A stretch of 64,000 nt of DNA from an uncultured Gemmatimonadaceae bacterium (GCA_964585655.1 CAZPER010000001.1:11729-75728), one strand, 5' to 3'; shown: positions 1 through 10,058, counted from the first letter of the stretch. Program-made: numbers and translations. Notes: a model not told the origin generated them from the letters alone.

Positions 1-930
1 GGGAAGGCGCGGCCCGCCTGGTTCGGCAACGAAGCCGTGTTCTTCACCTATCCGGTCACCGATGCCGCCGCCCAGGGACTGCAGCGGCTCGAGACCGAGG
101 CATTCCGGCGCGCGCTGACCCGGCCGGGGATGTCGGTCTGCTGGGCCTCCCGGGCGCTCGCGCTCCGGGAGGAACGCGCCGCCCGGATCGGCCCGGAGGC
201 GATCGGCTACGAACGGGGCAACGACCTCAATGAAGGACTCGCCACCTGGGTGCAGTGGCATGCCACCGACGCGCCGCTTGATTCGCTGATCCCGACCGCG
301 GGCTTCGGGCCCGGGGACGTCCGGCTCCGCGCCTACGCCGTGGGACCTGCCCAGGCAGCGCTGCTCGAGCGCTACCTCCCGGGATGGCCCGATTCCCTGC
401 TGGCGGACAGCGCCCTGACCGTGGACCGGCTGCTGGGCCGGGCCCTCGAGACCCGCAGTTGCCGGGCCGACTTCAGCCGGCGGGAGCGGGACTCGGTCGC
501 GGCGCTTGCCGGCCGGGAGGCCGCCGCGATCACCGGTGAGCGGGCGGCGGCGCGCCAGGCGTTCCTCGCGCGGACCGGCTGGACGCTCACCATCACGCTC
601 CCCCACGCCCAGCCGCTCTGGCCCGAGCGATTCGACCCGTGGAATCTCACGCCGCTCGCCGACGGCGAGGCACTGCACCTGCGGCACCTCAAGCTGAACG
701 GGGACCGGGGCCGGATGGAGGTGCTCGACCGCGCGGCGCTGACCCGGCCGGCCGGGGCGCACCCGCTCTTCAACGGCCTCCGGGAGGTGGTCGTCACCGG
801 GTTGCGGGACCGGCCCTCCATCGTGACCCGGGGAGACACGCTCGTGGTGCAGGCGCCGGGTGTCACCGGATCCTTCACGGGGCTGGTGCTGGAGGAAACG
901 GGGACGGCGGTGACGCTTCGGCCGCGGTGA
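1..930 (+). CDS. hypothetical protein, 5' end probably outside the window
   Basis: ORF 37..930 stays open in frame back to nt 1. Amino-acid composition is ordinary, unlike the Arg/Pro/Gly-rich overlapping frames. No family recognised. Confidence 0.45.
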   Translation, partial: GKARPAWFGNEAVFFTYPVTDAAAQGLQRLETEAFRRALTRPGMSVCWASRALALREERAARIGPEAIGYERGNDLNEGLATWVQWHATDAPLDSLIPTAGFGPGDVRLRAYAVGPAQAALLERYLPGWPDSLLADSALTVDRLLGRALETRSCRADFSRRERDSVAALAGREAAAITGERAAARQAFLARTGWTLTITLPHAQPLWPERFDPWNLTPLADGEALHLRHLKLNGDRGRMEVLDRAALTRPAGAHPLFNGLREVVVTGLRDRPSIVTRGDTLVVQAPGVTGSFTGLVLEETGTAVTLRPR

Positions 931-982
931 CCGCCCCCGGGGCGTCTAGTCCTCCCCCCGGGCGCGCGGTACCTTCCCCGGC

Positions 983-1810
983 ATGCGCGTCTACATCTCG
1001 GTGGACATGGAAGGGATCGCGGGGGTGGTCCACGAGGACCAGACCAATCCGGTGGACCCCCGCTGCGCCGGCGAATACGCCAGGTTCCGCCGGGTCATGA
1101 CCCAGGAGGCCAACGCCGCCATCGAGGGGGCGTTCGCCGGCGGGGCGCGGGAGGTGCTGGTCAACGACAGTCACTGGACCATGCGGAATCTGCTCGCCGA
1201 AGAGCTGGATCCGCGGGCGGAACTGCTCTCCGGCGGCCCCAAGACCTGGTCCATGATGGAGGGCATCGAGCGGGGGTGGGACTGCTGCGCCTGCATCGGC
1301 TACCATGCGCGGGCCGGCACCGCCAATGCCATCCTGGATCACACCTACACCAGCGCCATCCATGACGTCCGGCTCAACGGGGCCGCCATCGGCGAGTTGG
1401 GACTCAACGCGGCGCTGGCCGGATGCTTCGGCGTCCCAGTGGTGCTCGTTTCCGGGGATCAGGCCCTCGCCGCGGAGTGCCATGCGCTGCTGGGCGACCA
1501 GGTCCGCACCGTGGTGGTGAAGGAGGCGGTGAGCCGCCACGCCGCCCGGAGCGTGGCGCCGGAGGTGGCGCGGCTCCGCATCCGCGACGCCATGCGGGAC
1601 GCCGTGGCGCGGGCCAGCCCCTCTCGGCCATTCGTCCCCGCCTCGCCGGTCACCCTGGAGGTGGACTGGAGCCTCACGGTCCAGGCGGACCACGCGGCGA
1701 TGGCGCCCGGGTTTGTGCGCAGCGGGCCGCGCACCGTAACCTTCCGGCACGCGGACTATCGCGAGGCCTTCCGCGCCTTCCGGACGATGTTCAATCTCGC
1801 GGCGGGATAG
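983..1810 (+). CDS. M55-family D-aminopeptidase (DppA-like)
   Basis: N-terminus MRVYISVDMEGIAGV and later NDSHW, HARAG and SGD segments match the peptidase M55 pattern as I recall it. 275 aa is the typical length. Confidence 0.8.
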   Translation: MRVYISVDMEGIAGVVHEDQTNPVDPRCAGEYARFRRVMTQEANAAIEGAFAGGAREVLVNDSHWTMRNLLAEELDPRAELLSGGPKTWSMMEGIERGWDCCACIGYHARAGTANAILDHTYTSAIHDVRLNGAAIGELGLNAALAGCFGVPVVLVSGDQALAAECHALLGDQVRTVVVKEAVSRHAARSVAPEVARLRIRDAMRDAVARASPSRPFVPASPVTLEVDWSLTVQADHAAMAPGFVRSGPRTVTFRHADYREAFRAFRTMFNLAAG

Positions 1811-1880
1811 CGATCGGCCGTCGCCGGTTGCCCCGCGCCCCACTGCACCCCACGATCCACACCACTCGCCTGGAGGCGGG

Positions 1881-4800
1881 ATGCTCGCCCTGACCGTGCT
1901 GACGGCCTGGTCCACGCTCACCGCGCTGCCGGACACCACAAAGAAGAAGACCGACAGCCTGCCCCTCGCCACCACCCGCAGCATCGAGTTCGAGACCAGC
2001 GAGGGCACCTGGCTTTCCCTCGACCTGTCGCCCGACGGGCAAACCATCGCCTTCGAGCTGCTGGGGGACATCTACACCCTGCCGGCGGCCGGCGGGCGCG
2101 CCACCCCTATCTCCCAGGGTCCGGCCTTCGACTCCCAGCCGCGCTGGTCACCCGACGGGACCCGGCTGGTCTTCCTGAGCGACCGGAGCGGAGGAGAAAA
2201 CGTCTGGACCATGAAGCCGGACGGCTCCGGCGCCACCCAGGTGAGCAAGGGGGACAACGATCTCTTCGCCTCCCCCGAGTGGACGCCCGACGGCGACTAC
2301 CTCGTCGTGTCGAAGACCAACGCCCCCCTCGGCAGCAACTACCAGCTCTGGCTCTACCACCGCGACGGCGGCCCGGGCGTGAGCCTCACCAAGGACGACA
2401 AGGGCCAGCGGGTGCTGGGCACCGGTCGCGGCACCACGATCAACAGCCTCGGCGCGGCCTTCGGGAAGGATGGCCGGTATCTCTGGTACGCCCGGAAGCG
2501 GGGTGGCTTCGGCTACAACATCGACATCACCCAGTGGCAGCTGGCCATCTTCGACCGGCAGACCGGGCAGATCTTCCCCCAGACCGACGTCTACGGCAGC
2601 GCCATGCGCCCGGCGCTCTCCCCCGACGGCCGCTGGCTGGTGTACGCGGTGCGCCACGACGCGGAGACTGGCCTCCGCCTGCGGGACCTCGAGAGCGGCG
2701 ACGAGCGCTGGCTCAAGTACCCGGTCCAGCGGGACGACCAGGAGTCGCGGTTCACCCGCGACCTCATGCCTGGCTCGGCGTTCACTCCGGACAGCCGGGC
2801 GTTCGTCACGACCTGGGGCGGCCGCATCTGGCGGGTGGAGCTGGCGGGTGGGGCGGTCACGGAGATCCCCTTCACCACGTCCGTCCGCCTTGACCTCGGG
2901 CCGCTGGTGCGGTTCGAGACCCCGGTGGACACCGGCGACATCCTGCTGCGTCAGATCCGGGACGCGGAGCTCTCCCCCGACGGCACTCGCCTGGTGTTCA
3001 GTGCCCTCGACCGGCTGTACCTCCTGCAGCTGCCAAACGGAAAGCCGCGCCGCCTGACCAGTGACACCGTCCTGGAGCAGCAGCCGCGCTGGTCCCCGGA
3101 TGGCAAGCAGATCGCCTACGTGACCTGGGGAATCGGCGGCGGGGCAATCCAGGTGGTGAGCGCGGATGGCCGGGGCAAGCCCGCCCGGCTCACCCCCGGG
3201 CCCGCCTTCTACCAGTATCCCGCCTGGTCCCCGGATGGCAGCCGCATCGTGGCGCTTCGCGGCCCGCGCGAGGCGCGGATTTCCGAGAGCTTCGGACCGG
3301 GGTACGAGCTGGTCTGGCTGCCGGCGAAGGGCGGTGCGGTCCAGCGCGTGGCACCGGTGAACCCTGGAGGGCGGCCGCACTTTTCCCGCAGCCCCGACCG
3401 GATCTACCTGTACGACCCCGGAGAGGGACTGCTCTCGATGCGGTTCGACGGCACCGACCGCCGAGCCCACCTCAAGGTCACCGGCTTCACGGTCAACGCC
3501 CCCGCGGCGGAGCCCAACGCCGCGGACGAAATCCTCATCGCCCCCGACTCTACCCGGGCGCTGGCGCTGGCCAACAACTACATCTACCTGGTGAACCTGC
3601 CGCTCACGGGGCAGCAACCACTGGTCCTGAATGTGGCGGACCCCGCCGCCGCAGTCTTCCCCGCCAGGCGGCTGACCCGGACCGGCGGCGATTTCATCGG
3701 ATGGGCGGCAGACGGCAAGAGCGTCACCTGGTCTCTGGGGCGCAGCTTCTTTCGCTGGGAACTGGCGCGCGCCGACTCCCTGGCCCGCGCCAAGACCTCC
3801 GCCGACTCCGCCCGCGCCGATTCGGTGAAGCAGGCCGGCCCCACGCCCGACTCCGTCTTCAAGGCCCGGGTGGACAGCCTGGCCAAGGCCCCGGCCTACG
3901 AGGCCACCCGGCTCGATGTCGCGGTCACGGTGCCCCGGGACGTGCCGCGCGGCACCGTGGCGCTGACCGGCGCCCGCGTGATCAGCATGAAGGGGGACGA
4001 GATCCTCGAGCCAGGCACCATCGTCATCACCGACAATCGGATCACCTGCGTGGCATCCACCTGCGCTATCCCGGCCGGCGCCAAGGTGATCGACCTGGCC
4101 GGGAAGACGGTGATGCCCGGCCTCGTGGATATCCACGCCCACCCGTGGCCGGCCTGGGGGGTGCACCAGCCCCAGGTCTGGAAGTACCTCGCCAACCTCG
4201 CGTGGGGAGTGACTACCACCCGCGATCCCCAGACGTCCACCACCGACGTGCTCACCTACGCGGACCGGGTCGAGGCGGGCGGGCTGCTGGGCCCCCGGAT
4301 CTACCACACCGGCCCCGGCGTGTTCGGGCCCTTCATCGAGGAACCGTTCGCCTCGCTGGACGAGGTGCGCAACGCCCTGCGCCGCTACAGCGACTTCTAC
4401 CGCACCAATACGATCAAGCAGTACATGGCCGGCAACCGCAAGCAGCGGCAGTGGGTCATCATGGCGGCGAAGGAGCAGGGGCTGATGCCGACGATCGAGG
4501 GCGGCCTCGACTTCAAGATGAACCTCACCGCCGCCATGGACGGCTACCCCGGCCACGAGCACAGCCTGCCGATCATGCCGCTCTACCGCGACGCGATCGA
4601 ACTCTACGCCCGCTCCGGCATCGTCTACACCCCCACCCTGCTGGTCTCCTACGGCGGGCCATTCAGCGAGAACTGGTTCTACGAACGCCATGACATCCAC
4701 GACATGCCCAAGGTGCGGCGCTTCATCCCCCATGCGGAGATCGATGCCCGCGCCGAGCGGAGGCCCTGGTTCCGTGACAACCAGTATGTCTTCGCCCGGA

Positions 4801-5234
4801 TTGCAGACGGGGCGCGCCGGATCGTGGAGGCCGGCGGCAAGGTCGGGCTGGGTGGCCACGGCCAGCTGGATGGCCTCGGCGACCACTGGGAGCTCTGGGC
4901 CCTGGCTGCCGGGGGCATGAAGCCGCACGACGTGCTCCGCGCCGGCACCATCTTCGGCGCCGAGGCGATCGGCATGGCCCGGGACCTGGGCAGCCTCGAG
5001 CCGGGCAAGCTCGCCGACCTGATCGTACTCGACGGCAATCCCCTGGCCGATATCCAGCTGACCAACTCCATCCGATACGTGATGAAGAATGGCCGGCTGT
5101 ACGACGGGGACACCCTCGACGAGGTGTACCCACGGGTGCGGCCGCTGGACGCCCAGTGGTGGTGGAACCGCGACGCCGGGGATGTCGGCGCCGCCCCCTC
5201 GAGCCGGGGCGACGACTTCCCGACGGGGCCATGA
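1881..5234 (+). CDS. PD40/TolB-like beta-propeller fused to a metal-dependent amidohydrolase domain
   Basis: Repeated W(S/T)PDG(x)xL/I(V)F/Y propeller motifs occur across the first ~600 aa. The C-terminal region carries VMPGLVDIHAHPW (HxH metal site) and other amidohydrolase-like segments. GGAGG lies 6 nt upstream of the ATG. Confidence 0.85.
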   Translation: MLALTVLTAWSTLTALPDTTKKKTDSLPLATTRSIEFETSEGTWLSLDLSPDGQTIAFELLGDIYTLPAAGGRATPISQGPAFDSQPRWSPDGTRLVFLSDRSGGENVWTMKPDGSGATQVSKGDNDLFASPEWTPDGDYLVVSKTNAPLGSNYQLWLYHRDGGPGVSLTKDDKGQRVLGTGRGTTINSLGAAFGKDGRYLWYARKRGGFGYNIDITQWQLAIFDRQTGQIFPQTDVYGSAMRPALSPDGRWLVYAVRHDAETGLRLRDLESGDERWLKYPVQRDDQESRFTRDLMPGSAFTPDSRAFVTTWGGRIWRVELAGGAVTEIPFTTSVRLDLGPLVRFETPVDTGDILLRQIRDAELSPDGTRLVFSALDRLYLLQLPNGKPRRLTSDTVLEQQPRWSPDGKQIAYVTWGIGGGAIQVVSADGRGKPARLTPGPAFYQYPAWSPDGSRIVALRGPREARISESFGPGYELVWLPAKGGAVQRVAPVNPGGRPHFSRSPDRIYLYDPGEGLLSMRFDGTDRRAHLKVTGFTVNAPAAEPNAADEILIAPDSTRALALANNYIYLVNLPLTGQQPLVLNVADPAAAVFPARRLTRTGGDFIGWAADGKSVTWSLGRSFFRWELARADSLARAKTSADSARADSVKQAGPTPDSVFKARVDSLAKAPAYEATRLDVAVTVPRDVPRGTVALTGARVISMKGDEILEPGTIVITDNRITCVASTCAIPAGAKVIDLAGKTVMPGLVDIHAHPWPAWGVHQPQVWKYLANLAWGVTTTRDPQTSTTDVLTYADRVEAGGLLGPRIYHTGPGVFGPFIEEPFASLDEVRNALRRYSDFYRTNTIKQYMAGNRKQRQWVIMAAKEQGLMPTIEGGLDFKMNLTAAMDGYPGHEHSLPIMPLYRDAIELYARSGIVYTPTLLVSYGGPFSENWFYERHDIHDMPKVRRFIPHAEIDARAERRPWFRDNQYVFARIADGARRIVEAGGKVGLGGHGQLDGLGDHWELWALAAGGMKPHDVLRAGTIFGAEAIGMARDLGSLEPGKLADLIVLDGNPLADIQLTNSIRYVMKNGRLYDGDTLDEVYPRVRPLDAQWWWNRDAGDVGAAPSSRGDDFPTGP

Positions 5235-6859
5235 CGCTCCGGCTGGCGCTCTGGGCCACGGTCTGGGCCTCGGCGCTCAGCGCCCAGGCCCCGATCCGCG
5301 GGGCCCTGGGGCGCGCGGAGTTCGCCTTTCAGCAGGCCCGCTACTGGGACGACCAGCTCCGGCTCGCGGAGAATCTCGGCATCGCGACGCCCCCGACGGG
5401 CACGCCCCCGTCCGCCGTACGAGACAGTTTCCAGGTGGCCATCTCCCGCTTCCACCACGAGCTGAGCCGGGTCCGCGCCGCGAGCCTCTCCGCGGAAGAC
5501 CACCGCGCGGTGGATGTCATGCGGCGTGCCCTGAACCGGCGCCCGGCGGAGGACCTCCAGACAGACCGGGAGCCCGCCTGCGACCCCGGTGCGCAGGGCA
5601 CCCTCGCGCTGGTTGCGCTCACGGAAGCCACCATGGCCTGTTACGGAGCGGCCCAGGAACGGATCGTGGTGGGGGAGGACACCCTGGACCGGCTGACCAT
5701 CCTCGGTCGCCTGGCCCGGATCGAGGACCCTTCCCGCCGCCGCGAGCTCTTCCTGGCCCTGGCACCCATCTGGCGCAGCGTCAATAGCGACAATGAACCC
5801 GGCAGCCCCTATCGCCGGCTGTTGCGCCTCAGGCGGGATTCGTGGCGGGTGGGCCGATCCCCGCTCGAACAGAAGGGCGCGACGTTCGGGCTCTCCGCCG
5901 CGCGGCTGGAACGATGGCTCGAGCAAGGGCTGGAGGCCTGGCGGCAGGGATTGCCGGACACGCTGCTCGAGCCCTGGGACTGGTACCACTGGACCGGGGG
6001 CGCCAGCCGGGCGCTCGGTCCGCGGATCCCCACCGTGGACGACCTCCTCCGCATCGACCAGGACTACTTCCGGCAACTGGGCGCCGACCCGGAGCGGCTG
6101 GGCATCCGCCACGACCTGGCGCCCCGGGCCGGCAAGTACGCGGTGGCCTACACGGACTTCGGGGCCCGCGCGCGCCGGGACAGCGCCGGCCGCCTGTCGC
6201 CCACCGAGCCATGGGTCTTCGCGACCTACCGGACCGGCGGACTCGACAACCTGGCCGAACTGCTGCACGAGACCGGCCATGCCATCCACCTTGTCGCGAT
6301 CGACACCCGCCCCGCCTTCCTCGACTGGCCCGACGACGACACCTTCACTGAAGCGCTCGCGGAACTCCCCGCGCTCGAGCTGTATGAGCCGGCCTGGCAG
6401 CAGCGATTCCTCGGCGACAGCGTGCCGGCGGACGCCGGTCTGCGGGCCCGCTATGCCGGGGTGGTGCTCGACCTCGCCTGGGCGCTCTTCGACCTCAGGG
6501 TGCACCGCGCCCCCGAGGCCGACCCCAACGCCATCTGGACCGCGATCACGAGCAACTACCTGCGCATCGCGCCCCATCCCGAGTGGTCCTGGTGGGCCAT
6601 GCGTGGACAACTGGTGGATGCTCCCGGGTACATCATGAACTACGCCCTCGGCGCCTTCATCACGGCCGACCTGCGCGCCCGGGTCCGGGAGCTCCGAGGG
6701 GCCTCCGCCTGGTACGAACCGGACACCTACGGCTGGCTGTCGGATCGACTCTATCGCTTCGGGCTGGAGCGGGCCTCGCGCCGCGTGCTGGAGGACTTCC
6801 TGGGCCGCCCGCTCCGGCCCGATGCGATGCTGCACGATCTCGGCCGACTCACCCGATGA
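5231..6859 (+). CDS. secreted HExxH zinc metallopeptidase (gluzincin, M2/M3-like)
   Basis: Start re-picked at an ATG that overlaps the upstream stop (ATGA at 5231-5234), giving the signal peptide MTLRLALWATVWASALSAQA. LLHETGHAIH is followed ~25 aa later by TEALAEL, the HExxH plus downstream Glu arrangement. Confidence 0.7.
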   Translation: MTLRLALWATVWASALSAQAPIRGALGRAEFAFQQARYWDDQLRLAENLGIATPPTGTPPSAVRDSFQVAISRFHHELSRVRAASLSAEDHRAVDVMRRALNRRPAEDLQTDREPACDPGAQGTLALVALTEATMACYGAAQERIVVGEDTLDRLTILGRLARIEDPSRRRELFLALAPIWRSVNSDNEPGSPYRRLLRLRRDSWRVGRSPLEQKGATFGLSAARLERWLEQGLEAWRQGLPDTLLEPWDWYHWTGGASRALGPRIPTVDDLLRIDQDYFRQLGADPERLGIRHDLAPRAGKYAVAYTDFGARARRDSAGRLSPTEPWVFATYRTGGLDNLAELLHETGHAIHLVAIDTRPAFLDWPDDDTFTEALAELPALELYEPAWQQRFLGDSVPADAGLRARYAGVVLDLAWALFDLRVHRAPEADPNAIWTAITSNYLRIAPHPEWSWWAMRGQLVDAPGYIMNYALGAFITADLRARVRELRGASAWYEPDTYGWLSDRLYRFGLERASRRVLEDFLGRPLRPDAMLHDLGRLTR

Positions 6860-7524
6860 TTCGCACCCCACTCTCCGCGGCCGACGCCGCGGACCGGGCA
6901 CAGTACCTCTCCCTCTTCGTGCGGGTGCTGATCTTCGGCATGCCAGTGGTCATGGTGGGAGAATCGCTGGCGTGGGCCCGGGGCTGGTTCAATGGCTGGG
7001 TGCTCCTGCTGCTCTTCCTCCTCAACATCCCCCTGCTCTTCCTGGCAACCGGATTCCTGTACGGGATGATGGAACGCGCCGCGGAAGGCTTCGCGCAAAC
7101 CGTGCTCGGGAGCGGGAACCTCAAGCCCGATCCGGCCCATTCGGGCTGCGAGTCGCTGGTGGCCCGCGGACTGTACCGCGAAGGGGCGTACGCCTTTGCG
7201 GCGCACCTCGCCAGCCACCCGGAGGACAACCTGGCGCGGGTCAAGCTGGCGGAGATTCACCGGGCCCATCTCGGGGAGCCCGAGGCCGCCGAGCGGCTGC
7301 TCCTCGAGGTCAGGCGGCACCAGCCTTCCCCGCGCGAGGAAGTGCTGGTGGCCAACCTGCTGATCGAGTTGTATCGGGGGACGGGACAGCGGGGACGCCT
7401 GATGATGGAGCTGGCGCGGTTCGCGGACCGGTACCGGGGCACGCGCCCGGGGACCGAAGCCGCCCGCACGCTCCGCGAAATGAAGGCGGAGCTGGACCGC
7501 GAATCAGGGCGAGAAGAGGGGTAG
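6856..7524 (+). CDS. membrane protein with C-terminal TPR-like helical repeats
   Basis: ATGA overlap with the upstream stop (6856-6859). Two or three hydrophobic helices (LIFGMPVVMVG, WVLLLLFLLNIPLLFLATGFLYGMM) precede an Ala/Leu/Glu/Arg-rich repeat region. Confidence 0.5.
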   Translation: MIRTPLSAADAADRAQYLSLFVRVLIFGMPVVMVGESLAWARGWFNGWVLLLLFLLNIPLLFLATGFLYGMMERAAEGFAQTVLGSGNLKPDPAHSGCESLVARGLYREGAYAFAAHLASHPEDNLARVKLAEIHRAHLGEPEAAERLLLEVRRHQPSPREEVLVANLLIELYRGTGQRGRLMMELARFADRYRGTRPGTEAARTLREMKAELDRESGREEG

Positions 7525-8664
7525 CGTCGGCGTCGGCGTCAGCGAGCCCTGGCGGGTGGCATTGCCGAACTGGCCCAGAATGTTGCGGCCCCAGCAGTAG
7601 ATCCGGTTCGCGGTGGTACTGGCACAGGTGTGATTGCCCGCCGCCGCCACGTGGGTAAAGCGGAATCCGCCGCTCACCTGCACCGGCACCGTCGTCGGCT
7701 GGACGCCCTCGTTCCCCAGCTTGCCGTAGACGCTCGAGCCCCAGCACCAGATATCCCCGGCCGCCGTGATGGCGCAGGAGTGGTCCCGCCCCACCGTCAG
7801 GCTGACGTACCGCCTTCCCCCATACACTGGCACCGGCAGCACCGCCGCCTCCGAGGAGGAGGGCCCGGCGCCAAGCTCGGCTGTGAAGTCGGTCCCCCAG
7901 CACCACGCCTCGCCATGCTGGACCAGGCCGCAGGTGTGGTAGTTCCCGGTGTCGAGCAGGTCGAAACGGTGCCCGCCCCCCACCGCTCTCGGCGTCAGGG
8001 ATCCGACGGTATCGCCGGTGCCGAGCTGGCCCAGGAAGTTGGCGCCCCAGCACCACGCCTCCCCCTCCGCGGTGCGGGCGCAGGTGTGGAGCCCGCCCGC
8101 GGCGATCCGGCTGAAGCGGTGGGGAGTGCGCACCGCGGTCGGCGCGGGACGGGGGAGCGTGTCGCCCAGGCCGAGCTGCCCCCACTCCCCCTGCCCCCAG
8201 CACCAGGCGGCGCCTGACAGATCGAGGGCGCAGGTGTGGGAATCGCCGGCGCTGATGCTCTTGAACCGGTGGCCCCCGCTCACCGGGAGGGGATTTGGCT
8301 CCCGCCCGGAATAGTGGCCGATGCCGAGCACGCCGATGAAGTTGGTGCCCCAGCACCAGGCGTGGTCGTCGCGGTCGAGACCGCAGGCGTGGAAGTCACC
8401 GGCGGAGAGGGCCGTGAGGGTAAGGGGGACGCTCAGCGGTTGGGGGGTGAGGCGGCTGGTGGTATCCCCGTTGCCGAGCTGGCCGGTGAGCCCCGCGCCC
8501 CAGCACCAGCCCTGCTGCAGGGTATCCACGGCGCAGGTGTAGTCGCCCGCCGCCGCAAGCAGGACCGGGGTGGCGCTGGCCCCGGACGGGCCGGTGCCGT
8601 CGCCACAGCCGCTCCCGCCGGCGGTCAGCGCGGCGAGCAGCAGGATCCTGCCGGCACGCGGCAC
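7504..8664 (-). CDS. RCC1-repeat (beta-propeller) lipoprotein
   Basis: Lipobox LLLAALTAGGSGC. About seven repeats follow the pattern HTCA/G...G.AWCWG.N..GQLG.G. Confidence 0.8.
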   Translation of the reverse strand: MPRAGRILLLAALTAGGSGCGDGTGPSGASATPVLLAAAGDYTCAVDTLQQGWCWGAGLTGQLGNGDTTSRLTPQPLSVPLTLTALSAGDFHACGLDRDDHAWCWGTNFIGVLGIGHYSGREPNPLPVSGGHRFKSISAGDSHTCALDLSGAAWCWGQGEWGQLGLGDTLPRPAPTAVRTPHRFSRIAAGGLHTCARTAEGEAWCWGANFLGQLGTGDTVGSLTPRAVGGGHRFDLLDTGNYHTCGLVQHGEAWCWGTDFTAELGAGPSSSEAAVLPVPVYGGRRYVSLTVGRDHSCAITAAGDIWCWGSSVYGKLGNEGVQPTTVPVQVSGGFRFTHVAAAGNHTCASTTANRIYCWGRNILGQFGNATRQGSLTPTPTLPLFSP

Positions 8665-8666
8665 CC

Positions 8667-9512
8667 TCAGGCTCGGCGCAAGGTGAACACCCCGATCTCC
8701 GGCGGGCAGCGGAAGCGTGCCCGGATCCCGCTCGTCCCCAGCCCCCGGTTCACGTACAGCGGTGCGAAGCTGTCGCGGTACCAGCCGGCGATGAATCGGC
8801 CGCTGGCCGGCGGAGTGATGGCGGGCAGGAGTGGTGGTCGAATCTGGCCTCCGTGCGTGTGCCCGGCAAGAGCGAGAAAGGGCCGCGGCAGGGGGCGGTT
8901 ATTGAGCACGTCGGCGTAGCCGGGGGCGTGAAACGCCCAGAGAACGGGGTCGCCCTCGGGGACGTTCCGGATTGCGCGCTCCGGGTCCGGCAGCCCCGCC
9001 CGGGGATCGTCGAGGCCGACGATCGTCAGCCGACCGCTCCCGCGTTCCACCCTGAGGCTTTCGTTGAGCAGTAGCAAGGCCCCGCCACGGGAGGCGGCCT
9101 GGGCCAGCGCCATCGGCGTGACGCCGCTCTGGTGTTCCCAGTTGCCGAATGTCACCACGGTGGCGAGCCGGCCGCGACAGCCCTCCAGCCAGCGGCTGGC
9201 CTCCGGCAGCTGGTCTGGATGTTCCACCACATCCCCGGTGATCACGACGAGGTCGGGCGCGAGCTCCGCCATCAGCTCCATCGAGCGCCGGGCGGGGGCA
9301 TGAAGGCCATCGTACAGGTGCAGGTCGGTCAGGTGGGCGATGGTCAGCCCGTCCAGGTCCGGCGACAGCCCGGGCACCGCCACATCGAAACGATCGAGCC
9401 GGATGCGCGCCGGAGCCCAGGCGAAGGCATCCACGCAGGTCCCTGCCGTGCCGGCGACGACACCACCGGCCGCCAGCAGGAACCCGCGCCGGGAGAGAGG
9501 ACGAACGGTCAT
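8667..9512 (-). CDS. Tat-exported calcineurin-like metallophosphoesterase
   Basis: Twin-arginine leader SRRGFLLAAGGVVAG. Phosphoesterase motifs DLHL, TGDVV, GNWE and GHTHGGQ are present. Confidence 0.85.
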   Translation of the reverse strand: MTVRPLSRRGFLLAAGGVVAGTAGTCVDAFAWAPARIRLDRFDVAVPGLSPDLDGLTIAHLTDLHLYDGLHAPARRSMELMAELAPDLVVITGDVVEHPDQLPEASRWLEGCRGRLATVVTFGNWEHQSGVTPMALAQAASRGGALLLLNESLRVERGSGRLTIVGLDDPRAGLPDPERAIRNVPEGDPVLWAFHAPGYADVLNNRPLPRPFLALAGHTHGGQIRPPLLPAITPPASGRFIAGWYRDSFAPLYVNRGLGTSGIRARFRCPPEIGVFTLRRA

Positions 9513-9535
9513 GCGCGGTGTAGCTTCCTCACTCG

Positions 9536-10039
9536 ATGAACCTCTTCGTCCGCCTGTTCCTGGTCCTGCTCCGCGCGCGGCGCTATCGGCCTGGGGAGTT
9601 CCCCCCCTTTGCGGAGGCGCGGCTCGGCTGGCGCGTCCTGCCGAACGATCTCGACCTCAACCTGCACATGAACAACGCCCGCTACCTGAGCCTCATGGAC
9701 CTCGGGCGGGTGGACCTGCTCAGCCGGTACGGCCTGCTGCGCCTCGCCTTCCGGGCCCACTGGCTTCCGGTCCTTGGCGCCGTCACGATCCGCTTCTTCC
9801 GCCCGCTCCGGCCCTGGCAGCGGTACGACCTGGTCACCCGCGTGGCCGGCTGGGATGAGAAGTGGTTCTACCTGGAGCAGCGATTCGAGTCGGAGGGAAA
9901 GCTCGTCGCCCGGGCGATGGTAAAGGCCCTGGTGCGCGGCCCGGATGGAAGCGTCCCGACCGGGACCCTCCTGGCGCAGCTGGGCATTGCCGAAGCCTCC
10001 CCGCCACTCCCTCCCGAGATCGCGCACCTGCCGGCCTAG
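9536..10039 (+). CDS. hotdog-fold acyl-CoA thioesterase-like protein
   Basis: 167 aa. The segment VLPNDLDLNLHMNNARYLSLMDLGRVDL is typical of the thioesterase-like superfamily. Confidence 0.6.
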   Translation: MNLFVRLFLVLLRARRYRPGEFPPFAEARLGWRVLPNDLDLNLHMNNARYLSLMDLGRVDLLSRYGLLRLAFRAHWLPVLGAVTIRFFRPLRPWQRYDLVTRVAGWDEKWFYLEQRFESEGKLVARAMVKALVRGPDGSVPTGTLLAQLGIAEASPPLPPEIAHLPA

Positions 10040-10058
10040 GCGGGCCCCGCCGCCGACC

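Noticed and set aside
2148-4928. 926-aa minus-strand ORF
   Set aside because: It is antisense to the well-supported propeller/amidohydrolase gene. Its composition is extremely Arg/Gly/Pro/Ala/His-rich with no motifs. This is the typical stop-poor shadow frame of a 70% GC genome.
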